Shown here: in pieces, positions 35,542 through 45,031 of the stretch | Numbering within the stretch: the stretch's first letter is position 1 | Layout: each line of letters opens with the position of its first letter | DNA from: Bacteroidia bacterium | GTDB lineage: Bacteria > Bacteroidota > Bacteroidia > B-17B0 > Aurantibacillaceae | Assembly (NCBI GenBank): GCA_035439445.1 | Contig: DAORKG010000020.1 | Coordinates: 375-64,374, forward strand | Direction: 5' to 3' | DNA: 64,000 bases | Notes under the pieces: generated by a model | What the model was told of the DNA's origin: nothing | The model's database searches: none | What the model saw: the letters and a program-made list of their open reading frames with translations, nothing else | Made by a program: the position numbers and the translations under genes

Positions 35542-36000
35542 GTGGACGCATTAAGTTATAAAACAAAATTTGTCAACAAAGCTAACTCAGATAAAGAGTG
35601 GTTATTAGTTGACGCAGAAAACGAAGTGGTAGGTCGCCTTGCTTCGAAATTAGCGTATTTAATACGTGGAAAGCATAAAACTAACTTTACACCTCATAGT
35701 GATTGTGGTGCTAATATCGTTGTAATCAACGCTGATAAAGTTCGTTTCACAGGTGCTAAAATGGATGATAAAGAATACGTACGTTACACTGGTCACCCAG
35801 GTGGACAACGTTTCGCTACACCAAAAGAAATGTTAGCTAAAAAGCCTGAAGAAGTAATTAAACATGCTGTGCATGGAATGTTACCTAAAGGACGTTTAGG
35901 AAGAGCATTAAATACAAATTTATTTGTATTTGCCGGTGCTGAGCATACTCATGCTGCACAACAACCAAAAAAAGTAGATTTATCAACTATTATTGCATAA
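35542..36000 (+). CDS. rplM: 50S ribosomal protein L13
   Basis: MDALSYKTKFVNKA...WLLVDAENEVVGRLAS..LRGKHK..FTPH.D.G. GTG start. Confidence 0.95.
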   Translation: MDALSYKTKFVNKANSDKEWLLVDAENEVVGRLASKLAYLIRGKHKTNFTPHSDCGANIVVINADKVRFTGAKMDDKEYVRYTGHPGGQRFATPKEMLAKKPEEVIKHAVHGMLPKGRLGRALNTNLFVFAGAEHTHAAQQPKKVDLSTIIA

Positions 36001-36005
36001 TATAA

Positions 36006-36392
36006 ATGGAAGTAATTAACACATCAGGTCGCAGAAAAACTTCGGTTGCACGTGCTTACTTAACAAAAGGAAGCGGTAACATTACCATCAACGGAAGAGA
36101 TTATAAAGAATATTTTAAAACTCCAACATTACATTATTACGTATTACAATCATTAAACAACGCTAAAGCTGTTGGTGAGTATGATGTGAAAATCAATGTA
36201 AATGGTGGTGGAACTACAGGGCAAGCTCAAGCTGTGCGTTTAGCAATTGCAAAAGCTTTAGTAGAAGTAAACCCAGAATTGAAAAAAGATTTACGTGCAG
36301 AAGGATTAATTACTCGTGACCCTCGTATGGTTGAGCGTAAGAAATTCGGTCAAAAGAAAGCTCGTGCTCGTTTCCAATTCAGCAAACGTTAA
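36006..36392 (+). CDS. rpsI: 30S ribosomal protein S9
   Basis: GRRKTSVARAYL..G.G.ITINGR...GGG.TGQA.A.RLAIAKAL...TRDPRMVERKK.G..KARARFQFSKR. Confidence 0.96.
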   Translation: MEVINTSGRRKTSVARAYLTKGSGNITINGRDYKEYFKTPTLHYYVLQSLNNAKAVGEYDVKINVNGGGTTGQAQAVRLAIAKALVEVNPELKKDLRAEGLITRDPRMVERKKFGQKKARARFQFSKR

Positions 36393-36419
36393 TATTTATT
36401 TACAATACATTATACAAAC

Positions 36420-37262
36420 ATGTCAAATACATTCAACGAATTATTAGAATCAGGTGCTCATTTTGGTCACTTAAAAAGAAAATGGAATCCAGCAATGGCT
36501 CCTTATATCTATGCTGAGAAAAACGGCATTCATATCATCGACTTAAACAAAACTGTAGCTAAAATGGATGAAGCTGCAGCAGCTTTAAAACAAATTGCTC
36601 GTTCTGGTAAAAAAATATTATTTGTAGCAACAAAAAAACAAGCTAAAGATATCGTAGCTGAGAAAGTAAAAGCTGTTGGTATGCCATATGTAACTGAGCG
36701 TTGGCCAGGTGGTATGTTAACTAACTTTGCTACTATCCGTAAAGCAGTTCGTAAAATGTCTCAAATCGACAAAATGGCTACTGATGGAACATTTGATAAT
36801 ATTTCTAAAAAAGAAAAATTACAAATTTCTCGTGAGCGTGCTAAATTAGAAACTAACTTAGGTTCAGTTGCAGATTTAACTCGTTTACCTTCAGCGTTAT
36901 TTATCGTAGATATTACTAAAGAACATATCGCTGTAGCAGAAGCAAAGCGTTTAGGTATCCCTACTTTTGCAATTGTTGATACAAACTCAAACCCAAATTT
37001 TGTTGACTACGCTATTCCGGCTAATGATGATGCTTCAACTTCTGTTGCTTATATCATTAACTCAATGTGTAAAGCTATCAACGAAGGTTTAGGTGAGCGT
37101 AAAATGGATAAAGAAGCTACTGCAGCTGACGAAAAAGAAGCTAAAAATTCTAAAGAAGAAGCAGAAGAATTAGCAGCAGGCTTAAAAATCAAAGGCGCTA
37201 AAGCTGAAGAAGAAGAAGGTGCTCGCAAAACGGCTCGTAAAAGAACAACAGCGAAAAAATAA
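36420..37262 (+). CDS. rpsB: 30S ribosomal protein S2 (with Lys/Glu/Ala-rich C-terminal extension)
   Basis: LLESGAHFGHLKRKWNP.M.PYI....NGIHIIDL.KT...RWPGGMLTN. Confidence 0.96.
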   Translation: MSNTFNELLESGAHFGHLKRKWNPAMAPYIYAEKNGIHIIDLNKTVAKMDEAAAALKQIARSGKKILFVATKKQAKDIVAEKVKAVGMPYVTERWPGGMLTNFATIRKAVRKMSQIDKMATDGTFDNISKKEKLQISRERAKLETNLGSVADLTRLPSALFIVDITKEHIAVAEAKRLGIPTFAIVDTNSNPNFVDYAIPANDDASTSVAYIINSMCKAINEGLGERKMDKEATAADEKEAKNSKEEAEELAAGLKIKGAKAEEEEGARKTARKRTTAKK

Positions 37263-37281
37263 TTTTTCACTACTATAATCT

Positions 37282-37318
37282 AACGGCCGTTCCTTGAAAA
37301 GGGAAGGCCGTTTTTTTT
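37282..37318 (+). terminator. rpsB terminator/attenuator
   Basis: AACGGCC(G)TTCC..GGAAGGCCGTT plus T8. Confidence 0.7.
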
Positions 37319-37355
37319 AAACTCATTTAATAAATAATTACAAAATAATAATACA

Positions 37356-38183
37356 ATGGCAATTACAGCACAAGAAGTAAACAAATTACGCCAACAAACC
37401 GGAGCAGGTATGATGGATTGTAAAAAAGCATTAGAAGAAAATAATGGAGATTTTGAAAAAGCAGTAGATTTTTTACGTAAAAAAGGTGCTAAAGTAGCAG
37501 CTAACCGTAGCGACAGAGATGCTAAGGAAGGTGTTGTTTTAGCTAAAGTATCAGCAGACGGGAAACGCGGTATCGTTATCAGTGTTAACTGTGAAACTGA
37601 TTTCGTTGCTAAAAATGCAGATTTTATTGCATTTGCTGAAACTATCGCATCTATCGCTTTAGATAAGAATGCAGCTAACATTGATGCTATTAAAGCAGCT
37701 CCTTTCAATAACGATATTACTGTTGCTGACAAGTTCATGGAACAAGTTGGTAAAATCGGTGAGAAAATTGATATCGGATACTACGAAGCAATTTCTGCTG
37801 AGAAAGTAGTTGGATATATTCACCCAGGTAACCGTGTTTCTGTTGTTGTAGGTTTCAACCAAGCTGGTGTTGCTGACGAAGTTGGTCGTAACGTAGCTAT
37901 GCAAGCAGCTGCAATGGCTCCAGTAGCATTAGACAAAGAAGGAGTAACTCCTGAAATGTTAGAAAGAGAATTAGAAATTGCTCGTGAGCAAATCCGTGCT
38001 GAAGGTAAACCTGAGGATATGGTTGAGAAAATTGCACAAGGAAAAATCTCTAAATTTTATAAAGAGTCTACTTTATTAAACCAAGAGTATATTAAAGACA
38101 ATAAATTAAATGTTGCTCAATACTTACAAAGCGTTGATAAAGGCTTAACAGCTACAGCATTCAAACGTTATTCTTTATCTTAA
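37356..38183 (+). CDS. tsf: elongation factor Ts
   Basis: AITAQEVNKLRQQTGAGMMDCKKALEENNGDFEKAVDFLRKKG (UBA-like N-domain), ...NCETDFVAKN. Confidence 0.96.
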   Translation: MAITAQEVNKLRQQTGAGMMDCKKALEENNGDFEKAVDFLRKKGAKVAANRSDRDAKEGVVLAKVSADGKRGIVISVNCETDFVAKNADFIAFAETIASIALDKNAANIDAIKAAPFNNDITVADKFMEQVGKIGEKIDIGYYEAISAEKVVGYIHPGNRVSVVVGFNQAGVADEVGRNVAMQAAAMAPVALDKEGVTPEMLERELEIAREQIRAEGKPEDMVEKIAQGKISKFYKESTLLNQEYIKDNKLNVAQYLQSVDKGLTATAFKRYSLS

Positions 38184-38191
38184 TTTTATTA

Positions 38192-38221
38192 AAATCCCGA
38201 TTTTTAATCGGGATTTTTTTT
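38192..38221 (+). terminator. tsf terminator
   Basis: AAATCCCGA-7 nt-TCGGGATTT plus a T-run. Confidence 0.75.
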
Positions 38222-38232
38222 GTTCTTTTTTT

Positions 38233-38262
38233 CGTCATTGCGAGTGAAATGAAGCAATCTCA
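38233..38262. repeat. short GC-rich dispersed-repeat-like element (CGTCATTGCGAGTGAAATGAAGCAATCTC)
   Basis: Resembles the CGTCATTGCGAG...GAAGCAATC intergenic repeats common in Bacteroidota. Shares the GTGAAATGAAG motif with the 15.8-16.5 kb block. Confidence 0.45.
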
Positions 38263-38360
38263 AACATGACATGTGATAATCAATGCTTCAAAACTAAACA
38301 CCAATACCCTCTGTGCTCTTTGCAAATGCTTTGCGCTCTTTGGGGTTAGAAACTCAAACT

Positions 38361-39068
38361 ATGAAATACAAACGTATACTTTTAAAATTATCAGGCGAAG
38401 CCTTAATGGGTAACAAAGGATTTGGCATCGACCAAGAACGATTAATGGAATATGCCAAAGAAATTAAAGCTGCATACGATGCAGGTTGCCAGGTAGCCAT
38501 CGTAATTGGTGGGGGAAATATTTTTAGAGGTATTCAGGCAGAAAAAGGTGGTATGGATCGCGTGCACGGCGATTATATGGGAATGCTTGCTACAGTAATT
38601 AATTCGATGGCTATTCAAGCTGCTTTAGAAGGCTTAGGTGTGCAAACACGTTTACAAAGCGCTATTAAAATGGAGCAAATATGCGAACCATTTATCAGAA
38701 GAAAAGCTGTACGTCATTTAGAAAAAGGACGTGTAGTAATTTTTGGTGCAGGCTCCGGAAACCCTTATTTTACTACAGATTCGGCAGCAGCATTAAGAGC
38801 AATAGAAATTGAGGCTGAAGTTATTTTAAAAGGAACTCGTGTAGATGGAATATACACGGCAGATCCTGAGAAGGACAAAACAGCTACTAAATATGATCAA
38901 ATCAGTTTTGACGAAGTTTACTCTAAAGGTCTTGAAGTAATGGATTTAACAGCCTTTACCTTATGCAAAGAAAATAATTTACCAATTATCGTATTTGACA
39001 TGAATAAAAAAGGTAATCTTCAAAATTTATTAAAAGGAGATAAAGTTGGGACATTGGTTGTAGGATAA
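38361..39068 (+). CDS. pyrH: UMP kinase
   Basis: [22 protein letters not shown]......[11 protein letters not shown]...[13 protein letters not shown] at 38361. Confidence 0.95.
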   Translation: MKYKRILLKLSGEALMGNKGFGIDQERLMEYAKEIKAAYDAGCQVAIVIGGGNIFRGIQAEKGGMDRVHGDYMGMLATVINSMAIQAALEGLGVQTRLQSAIKMEQICEPFIRRKAVRHLEKGRVVIFGAGSGNPYFTTDSAAALRAIEIEAEVILKGTRVDGIYTADPEKDKTATKYDQISFDEVYSKGLEVMDLTAFTLCKENNLPIIVFDMNKKGNLQNLLKGDKVGTLVVG

Positions 39069-39087
39069 TTACAATAAAGTAAATATT

Positions 39088-39124
39088 AAAGAGTGTTGTA
39101 AAAATCTACAACACTCTTTTTTTT
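39088..39124. terminator. bidirectional terminator (pyrH / convergent sensor gene)
   Basis: AAAGAGTGTTGTA-6 nt-TACAACACTCTTT, flanked by an A-run and a T-run. Confidence 0.75.
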
Positions 39125-42100
39125 ACACCCTAACACCAATTATCAATACATCATCCACCTGCTCCATCTCAGATTTCCAGTTAGCAAATTCAGATGATAA
39201 TTTTTCTTTTTGTTCATTCATTGGCAAGCTACTAAGAGATAAAAGCAACTCTTTTAATTGTTTGTACATGAATTTTTTTCCTTTAGGCCCCCCAAACTGA
39301 TCCGGCATACCATCAGTTAACGTATAAACTACATCATTTTTTTGCAATTCAAACTCCGCTTGATTAAAAGACTCAGAATCTCTGTCGTGTTTACCAACAG
39401 GCATTTTATCTGGTTTTAATTCTATTAATTCATTATTTCTAACTATCCAAATAGGATTATTAGCAGCGCTGTATGAAAACTTATTATTGATTAAATCAAA
39501 ACAAATTAAACTACAGTCCATTCCGTCCTTGCCTCCCTGCTCACTTCCATCATTAGATAAATGTTTAATAATTTTACTACGAGTGTAGTTTAAAATATCT
39601 CTAGGTTGAAGTAATTTCTGTCCTTCAATAGCTTCGTTTAAACAAGAAATATTTAGCATACTCATAATAGCACCAGGAACTCCATGCCCTGTACTATCTG
39701 CAGTTACTAATGCAAACTGACTATTTGATAATTCAGCTCCCCAATAAAAATCACCACTTACAATATCTTTAGGTTGAAAAAACACAAAATGATTTTTCAA
39801 ATTTTTGGTCAGTAAAGCATCACTGGCTAGTAAAGATTTTTGAATCCTTTGAGCATAATTAATACTATCAACAATTTCTTTATTCTTGTGTTCTAACTCG
39901 TGCTTTTGCTCAACAATAGTTTTTGTTCTTAAAGCAATAGTCTCTTCTAACATAACATTTTTTTCTTTTAAGCGCTTAGTATAAAGCCTTACAAATACAA
40001 TCACAGCACCAAGTGAAAGCAAAACGTAAACAATATAGGCAAATGTTGTTCGGTACCAAGGTGGTAAAATTGTAAATGAAAAAGATATTTCTTTTGATTC
40101 AACACCCAAAATATTTTTAGCTTTCAAATGAAAAGTATAAGTTCCTTCATGAATTTTTGGAATCTCAATAACTTTTCTTTCTTCCCACTCATTAAAACCA
40201 TCATCTGCACCCTCCAAATAGTAAGAAAACTGCAATAGTTCTGGACCGAAATAATTTGTTGCTGAAGGATAAATAGTTAGTTGATTATTTTTATAGGGTA
40301 TTTCAATTGGCTTAACAATAAAATCTTGAGAATAATTTTCAATTAAGGTTGAATCTTTCTGATTACCAAAATACCCAACTGATATTACTGCTCTATAATT
40401 CGTTGCATTATTTTTTTGAGAAAGATCATAGCAAAATAATCCTTGATTTGAACCAATAAACACTTTATTATTATCATAAAAAAAGTGCTTAGCATTTGTT
40501 CCTTGTATTCTAGTCAAAAAAGAATTGGTAATCTGAAAATTATCTTTTTCTGGTGCAATACATAGCATTTCTTCTATAGGAGCTAATTTTCCTTCATGAT
40601 TTGACTGAAACCAAATTTCGTTTTTAATCTGAGCTGCTGAGGCAATATAAGCTGAGAAGTTCTTTGGGTTAAATTTTACTGAACGAGTAACAATTTTAGG
40701 ATTTTTAGATGTCCATTCATAAAATCCTTTATCTGTTGAAAATACAATATTTCCATTATATGTAAACACATGATTTTCACTCATCACCGGTAAACCCTCT
40801 GTTGTAGTAATATGTATTTTATTCTGATTTGATGTTAATATAAAAATTCCATTATTGGCAGTAGCTGCGGCAACATTCCCTTCTTTATCAGAGTCAATAT
40901 ACCTTACCGCTCCAAGATCTTCTAATTTAGTAATGATTTCATATTTACCTTGACTAACAGTTCCCTTATATAAATTATTGTCAGTTCCTGTGTATAAATA
41001 ATTTCTAAGCGTATCATAAAACACAGAGTAGGTAAATTCTTCCAATATCAGGTTATAGTTTTTACCATCAAATAAGTATAGACCATCACCTGACGCCACA
41101 AATAGATAATCATTAGAGAAAGCCATTGAATAACATTCTATGGTAATTGGCGTTTCTTCAAATTTAGAACCTTCTTCATTTAATTTTAATAAACCTTTAT
41201 CTGTTGCAACAAATGTGCTTCCTTTAAACTGAATTACATTTTCAACCACCCCTTTAATTCCTTCTGTTTTCTTCCAAAAAGTAATTGGTGTGCTATTTTC
41301 AAAAAATGCAATTCCAAAATTTAAAGACAACCAAAGATTATTATTTGAATCTAAAAAAATATTTTTTACAGCATCGTCTTGTAAACCATTATTTGAATTT
41401 AATTTTGACAGAACTCTTAACGTTCTGTCTGTAATGATGATACCTCCTTTTAAACTACCAAAGGCGTATTTATTATCACCTATCTTTGCACCACAATACA
41501 CTTCATTTTCTTTTAACCAGTTATCTATGAGTGATTGTCTTTTTACAAATATAGATTTAGTGGGATTTTTATCGTTGTAATACAACACATAAACTCCATC
41601 ATTACGTGTAGCAACTAGATATGTATTTCCTTCCAAATTTAGAATTGCGTATACTTTTTTGTCAGCAAACTCTTCGCTACCTTTTATAAAGTTTAGTTGA
41701 CCATTTTCAAATACTTTAAATCCTTTGTCAAATTCCCTGATAAATAAATGTTTTCCAACTTTAAAGAAAGTATGAAATGCACTTCCTTCTGGTGTAAAAG
41801 ATTTTATTGTTTTTTTATTGTAGTAAAACAGTTTTTCATTGCTGCAAAAAAACACATCATTTCCTATGCAATAGGTGGCCCAAGTAATCGTAAAATCCTT
41901 ATCTTTTTGTTCTAATTTGCCGGATAACGAAACATAGTCAAACGCTCCTGAAGGCTTTTGAGTTAAATATCCAAATTCGTTATCTCCTCCTACATATATT
42001 TTATCATTAATATCTTTATCTAAAGAAAAAGCGCTAGCATTATTAGTTAATCTTAATGTTTTCCATATCCTACCATCATAGGTTATAACACCATTTAAAT

Positions 42101-42272
42101 TAGCAAAATACATTTTTCCAACTGTATCCTGAACAGCATCCCAATTTTGGTCACTTCCTTTGTATACAGATGGTGAGAAATTGTTCGTATAACCATTTCC
42201 TTGTTGGGCTTGCATCGAAAACCCACAAGTAAAGAGAAGAAAAATTAATATATATAAAAAACGTATGAACAA
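39123..42272 (-). CDS. periplasmic beta-propeller (two-component-regulator-propeller/Y_Y_Y-like) - TM - PP2C/SpoIIE phosphatase
   Basis: Signal peptide. ~720-aa repeat-rich ectodomain. TM FAYIVYVLLSLGAVIVFV. C-terminal SINYAQRIQKSLL, SGDFYW, DSTGHGVPGAIMS, TDGMPDQFGG, DDVLIIGV. Confidence 0.8.
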   Translation of the reverse strand: MFIRFLYILIFLLFTCGFSMQAQQGNGYTNNFSPSVYKGSDQNWDAVQDTVGKMYFANLNGVITYDGRIWKTLRLTNNASAFSLDKDINDKIYVGGDNEFGYLTQKPSGAFDYVSLSGKLEQKDKDFTITWATYCIGNDVFFCSNEKLFYYNKKTIKSFTPEGSAFHTFFKVGKHLFIREFDKGFKVFENGQLNFIKGSEEFADKKVYAILNLEGNTYLVATRNDGVYVLYYNDKNPTKSIFVKRQSLIDNWLKENEVYCGAKIGDNKYAFGSLKGGIIITDRTLRVLSKLNSNNGLQDDAVKNIFLDSNNNLWLSLNFGIAFFENSTPITFWKKTEGIKGVVENVIQFKGSTFVATDKGLLKLNEEGSKFEETPITIECYSMAFSNDYLFVASGDGLYLFDGKNYNLILEEFTYSVFYDTLRNYLYTGTDNNLYKGTVSQGKYEIITKLEDLGAVRYIDSDKEGNVAAATANNGIFILTSNQNKIHITTTEGLPVMSENHVFTYNGNIVFSTDKGFYEWTSKNPKIVTRSVKFNPKNFSAYIASAAQIKNEIWFQSNHEGKLAPIEEMLCIAPEKDNFQITNSFLTRIQGTNAKHFFYDNNKVFIGSNQGLFCYDLSQKNNATNYRAVISVGYFGNQKDSTLIENYSQDFIVKPIEIPYKNNQLTIYPSATNYFGPELLQFSYYLEGADDGFNEWEERKVIEIPKIHEGTYTFHLKAKNILGVESKEISFSFTILPPWYRTTFAYIVYVLLSLGAVIVFVRLYTKRLKEKNVMLEETIALRTKTIVEQKHELEHKNKEIVDSINYAQRIQKSLLASDALLTKNLKNHFVFFQPKDIVSGDFYWGAELSNSQFALVTADSTGHGVPGAIMSMLNISCLNEAIEGQKLLQPRDILNYTRSKIIKHLSNDGSEQGGKDGMDCSLICFDLINNKFSYSAANNPIWIVRNNELIELKPDKMPVGKHDRDSESFNQAEFELQKNDVVYTLTDGMPDQFGGPKGKKFMYKQLKELLLSLSSLPMNEQKEKLSSEFANWKSEMEQVDDVLIIGVRV

Positions 42273-42443
42273 TTAAATACCAAATAAATAACATAGTAAA
42301 TATAGAATTTATTATGATAAAAATCACATTTTTAAACTTCGACAAAGTACTATTTTAAAGCGATTTAATTAGTTTTTAACAAGATGATTTAACATTTTAG
42401 TTCATAAAATTGACTATTTTTGTTTAAGATTAAATCACATCCT

Positions 42444-44933
42444 ATGAAAAAACATTTATTAATTATTCTAGCATTTCTATGCTCAGGTTTTTTATTCAGT
42501 CAATCTGTTCCTAACGGAGGTTTTGAAAATTGGAATACAATTACGTATGATGACCCAAATTTTTATCAAACTTCAAATATGCACGGCAACAATGGTGCAC
42601 AAGGAACTGTAAATGCCGAGAAAACAAATGATGCTTGGCATGGAAATTACGCCATTAAATTAACAACAAAATTAGTAGGCAATGACACAATATTTGCCTA
42701 CTTCGCAGATGGTGATCCAGGTAAAAACCCTCCTCAAGGTGGGCATCCTTACAATCAAGCACCTACCGGTATCAGATTTCATTATAAAAGCAATATCATG
42801 GCAGGTGATTCAAGTTTAGTTCTTTTAATGTTCAAAAAGGCCGGTGTTTTAATAGGTCAATATATGTGGGCTATAAATTCTTCTCAATCTTCATACACAT
42901 TATTTTCAAAAAATTTAAGTCCAGCGTTACCTACAACCCCTGATACAGTTGTAATTGGTATTGCTTCTAGTTTTCCTTTTGGCGGAAATAGAGGAACGCC
43001 AGGCACAATGATACAAATTGATAGTTTAAACTTTACAGGGGTTGCTTCTCAACCAATTGCTTTTAATGGAGATTTAGAAAACTGGCAATCAATTACAAAC
43101 TCTCAAGTTGTTGGATGGAAAATCAATGGAAATAATCAAAACTTAAATTATCGAACTACAGATAAATACAGTGGTTCTTATGCTCTTGAACTTCAAACGC
43201 AACCTCCATCGTTTGGAGGAGGAAATGTAAGTGCAGCCTATGCAACCACAGGGCATTTCACGCAAAACGGACCACAAAAAGGTGGATTACCATTTTCTAA
43301 TCAAATTGATACTTTAGTTTTTTACTACAAATATTTACCCGCACATCCTATGGATAGCGCATTAATTAGTATATCATTCAGTGCTAATGGAATTAACATT
43401 GGTGGTCTACAAGAATTTTTAGGTGTATCGGGCGGATATCAAATGGTACAAATCCCAATTAATATTATGTCTGTACCTGATACAATGTTAATTACCTTAG
43501 CATCCTCATCATACACTACATATCCCCTTCCTACTTATTTCATTGGATCTGATTTTAAGATTGACAACATGTATTTAAAATCACAAAAAATGCCGGTAGC
43601 TAATTTCAGTTTACCAGTATCAGGATGTATTGGTCAAGCTATCACTTTAAATGACAACTCAGCAAATATGGTTAGTGGCTGGAACTGGATTATGCCCGGC
43701 GGAACTCCATCAAGTTCAACACTTCAAAATCCTCAGATAACTTATTCAAGTGCAGGGACAAAAACCATAACCTTATATGCAACAAACAACATTGGCGGAA
43801 GTACAAATACTAGTGCCGCCTATACAAGAACAATAGCGATTTTCCCTGTTCCAAATGTAAACTCAAACTCATCAATTATTTGCGCAGGTTCTAGTGCAAC
43901 ATTAATTGCAACAGGAGCTACTAATTACACATGGTCTTCAGGGCAAACAACAAATTCAATTGTAGTTACGCCATCTGTAACATCTTTTTACACCGTAACG
44001 GGCAGCACTAATGGTTGTTCAAATTCAGCATTCTCTGCAGTAGTAGTGCCAGCTACAACTATTCCTGAAATTTGCATGGTATCTACAGATAGCCTTTTCC
44101 AAAACAACATTATCTACTGGGATAAAACTATAACTAACAAAGTTGATAGTTTTATTATTTATAGGGAAGTAAGTTCTGGAGTGTACAAAAGAATTGGAGC
44201 GCAACCTTATGCAGCATTAAGTCGTTTTATTGACACTACAAGAAGTGTTGGCCCTGCAAATGGAGATCCTAATATCACTTCATATAGATATAAATTACAA
44301 TTACGCGATAGTTGCGGTAATTATAGTGCTTTAAGTCCTTACCATAATACATTCTTCTTTAATGCTATTCCAAATACTGGTAATTTCATTTGGAACTCGT
44401 ATTCTGTCGAAAATCTAACGTTAACTCCTGTAAGTACTTGCAATTTATTACGAGATAATTTAGGAACAAATACATGGACAGTTGTTGGTAATTGCGCTGG
44501 AACCCAAACTAATATTAGTGATCCTGCTTTTGCCTCATTCCCAAATGCTTTGTGGAGAATTGATGGTTTAGGATTTAACTGTAATCCAACATATAAGACT
44601 GCTGTTCAAATCAACAAATCAAAATCTAACGTAAAAAATAACTTTAATGTACCAGGCGGTTCATTCACATCTATTAATGCAAATGAATTAATATCATCTG
44701 TTAGTATAGCTCCAAACCCATCAACCACAGATTTAACTGTTTATTTTTCGAACACCCAGAATTTAAAAACAGAATTTGTAATTACTGATTTATTAGGGAA
44801 AGTAGTATTCATAAAAGAAGTAATCGAAGGAAATAATATTACTATTTCGGTTAACAACTTAACAAATGGCATTTATTTTATTAAAATCCAACAAGGAAAA
44901 AATTCTGTAACAAAGAAATTTATTAAAGAATAA
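42444..44933 (+). CDS. T9SS-secreted multidomain protein (PCMD-like N-domains, PKD/Ig-like, FN3-like module, CTD)
   Basis: Signal peptide MKKHLLIILAFLCSGFLFSQ. GFENWN... twice. PKD-like WNWIMPGGTP...TITLYATN. CTD IAPNPSTTDLTVYF...NGIYFIKI. Confidence 0.8.
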   Translation: MKKHLLIILAFLCSGFLFSQSVPNGGFENWNTITYDDPNFYQTSNMHGNNGAQGTVNAEKTNDAWHGNYAIKLTTKLVGNDTIFAYFADGDPGKNPPQGGHPYNQAPTGIRFHYKSNIMAGDSSLVLLMFKKAGVLIGQYMWAINSSQSSYTLFSKNLSPALPTTPDTVVIGIASSFPFGGNRGTPGTMIQIDSLNFTGVASQPIAFNGDLENWQSITNSQVVGWKINGNNQNLNYRTTDKYSGSYALELQTQPPSFGGGNVSAAYATTGHFTQNGPQKGGLPFSNQIDTLVFYYKYLPAHPMDSALISISFSANGINIGGLQEFLGVSGGYQMVQIPINIMSVPDTMLITLASSSYTTYPLPTYFIGSDFKIDNMYLKSQKMPVANFSLPVSGCIGQAITLNDNSANMVSGWNWIMPGGTPSSSTLQNPQITYSSAGTKTITLYATNNIGGSTNTSAAYTRTIAIFPVPNVNSNSSIICAGSSATLIATGATNYTWSSGQTTNSIVVTPSVTSFYTVTGSTNGCSNSAFSAVVVPATTIPEICMVSTDSLFQNNIIYWDKTITNKVDSFIIYREVSSGVYKRIGAQPYAALSRFIDTTRSVGPANGDPNITSYRYKLQLRDSCGNYSALSPYHNTFFFNAIPNTGNFIWNSYSVENLTLTPVSTCNLLRDNLGTNTWTVVGNCAGTQTNISDPAFASFPNALWRIDGLGFNCNPTYKTAVQINKSKSNVKNNFNVPGGSFTSINANELISSVSIAPNPSTTDLTVYFSNTQNLKTEFVITDLLGKVVFIKEVIEGNNITISVNNLTNGIYFIKIQQGKNSVTKKFIKE

Positions 44934-44945
44934 CTTATATATCTA

Positions 44946-44990
44946 AATAAACATCAATAAATGCACACTCAATTTGTTGATGTTTATTTT
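44946..44990 (+). terminator. AT-rich long hairpin after the 42444 gene
   Basis: AAATAAACATCAA-18 nt-TTGATGTTTATTT. Confidence 0.4.
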
Positions 44991-45031
44991 ATTAAATCTT
45001 ATAGTTGAGTGTGATAATACAAAAACAATCT

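Noticed and set aside
37280-37738. 152-aa and other antisense or shadow ORFs. Examples: 37049-37270, 37659-37904, 8155-8439, 9112-9369, 45259-46776 set, 51223-51669, 54584-54880, 55544-55879, 58056-58322, 61864-62276.
   Set aside because: All lie within and opposite (or out of frame to) confidently identified conserved genes. They have no independent signals.
39069-39122. Absence of frr after pyrH as a possible deletion or rearrangement.
   Set aside because: pyrH ends with a clean bidirectional terminator shared with a convergent gene. Synteny breaks after pyrH are common, and there are no scars or repeats.
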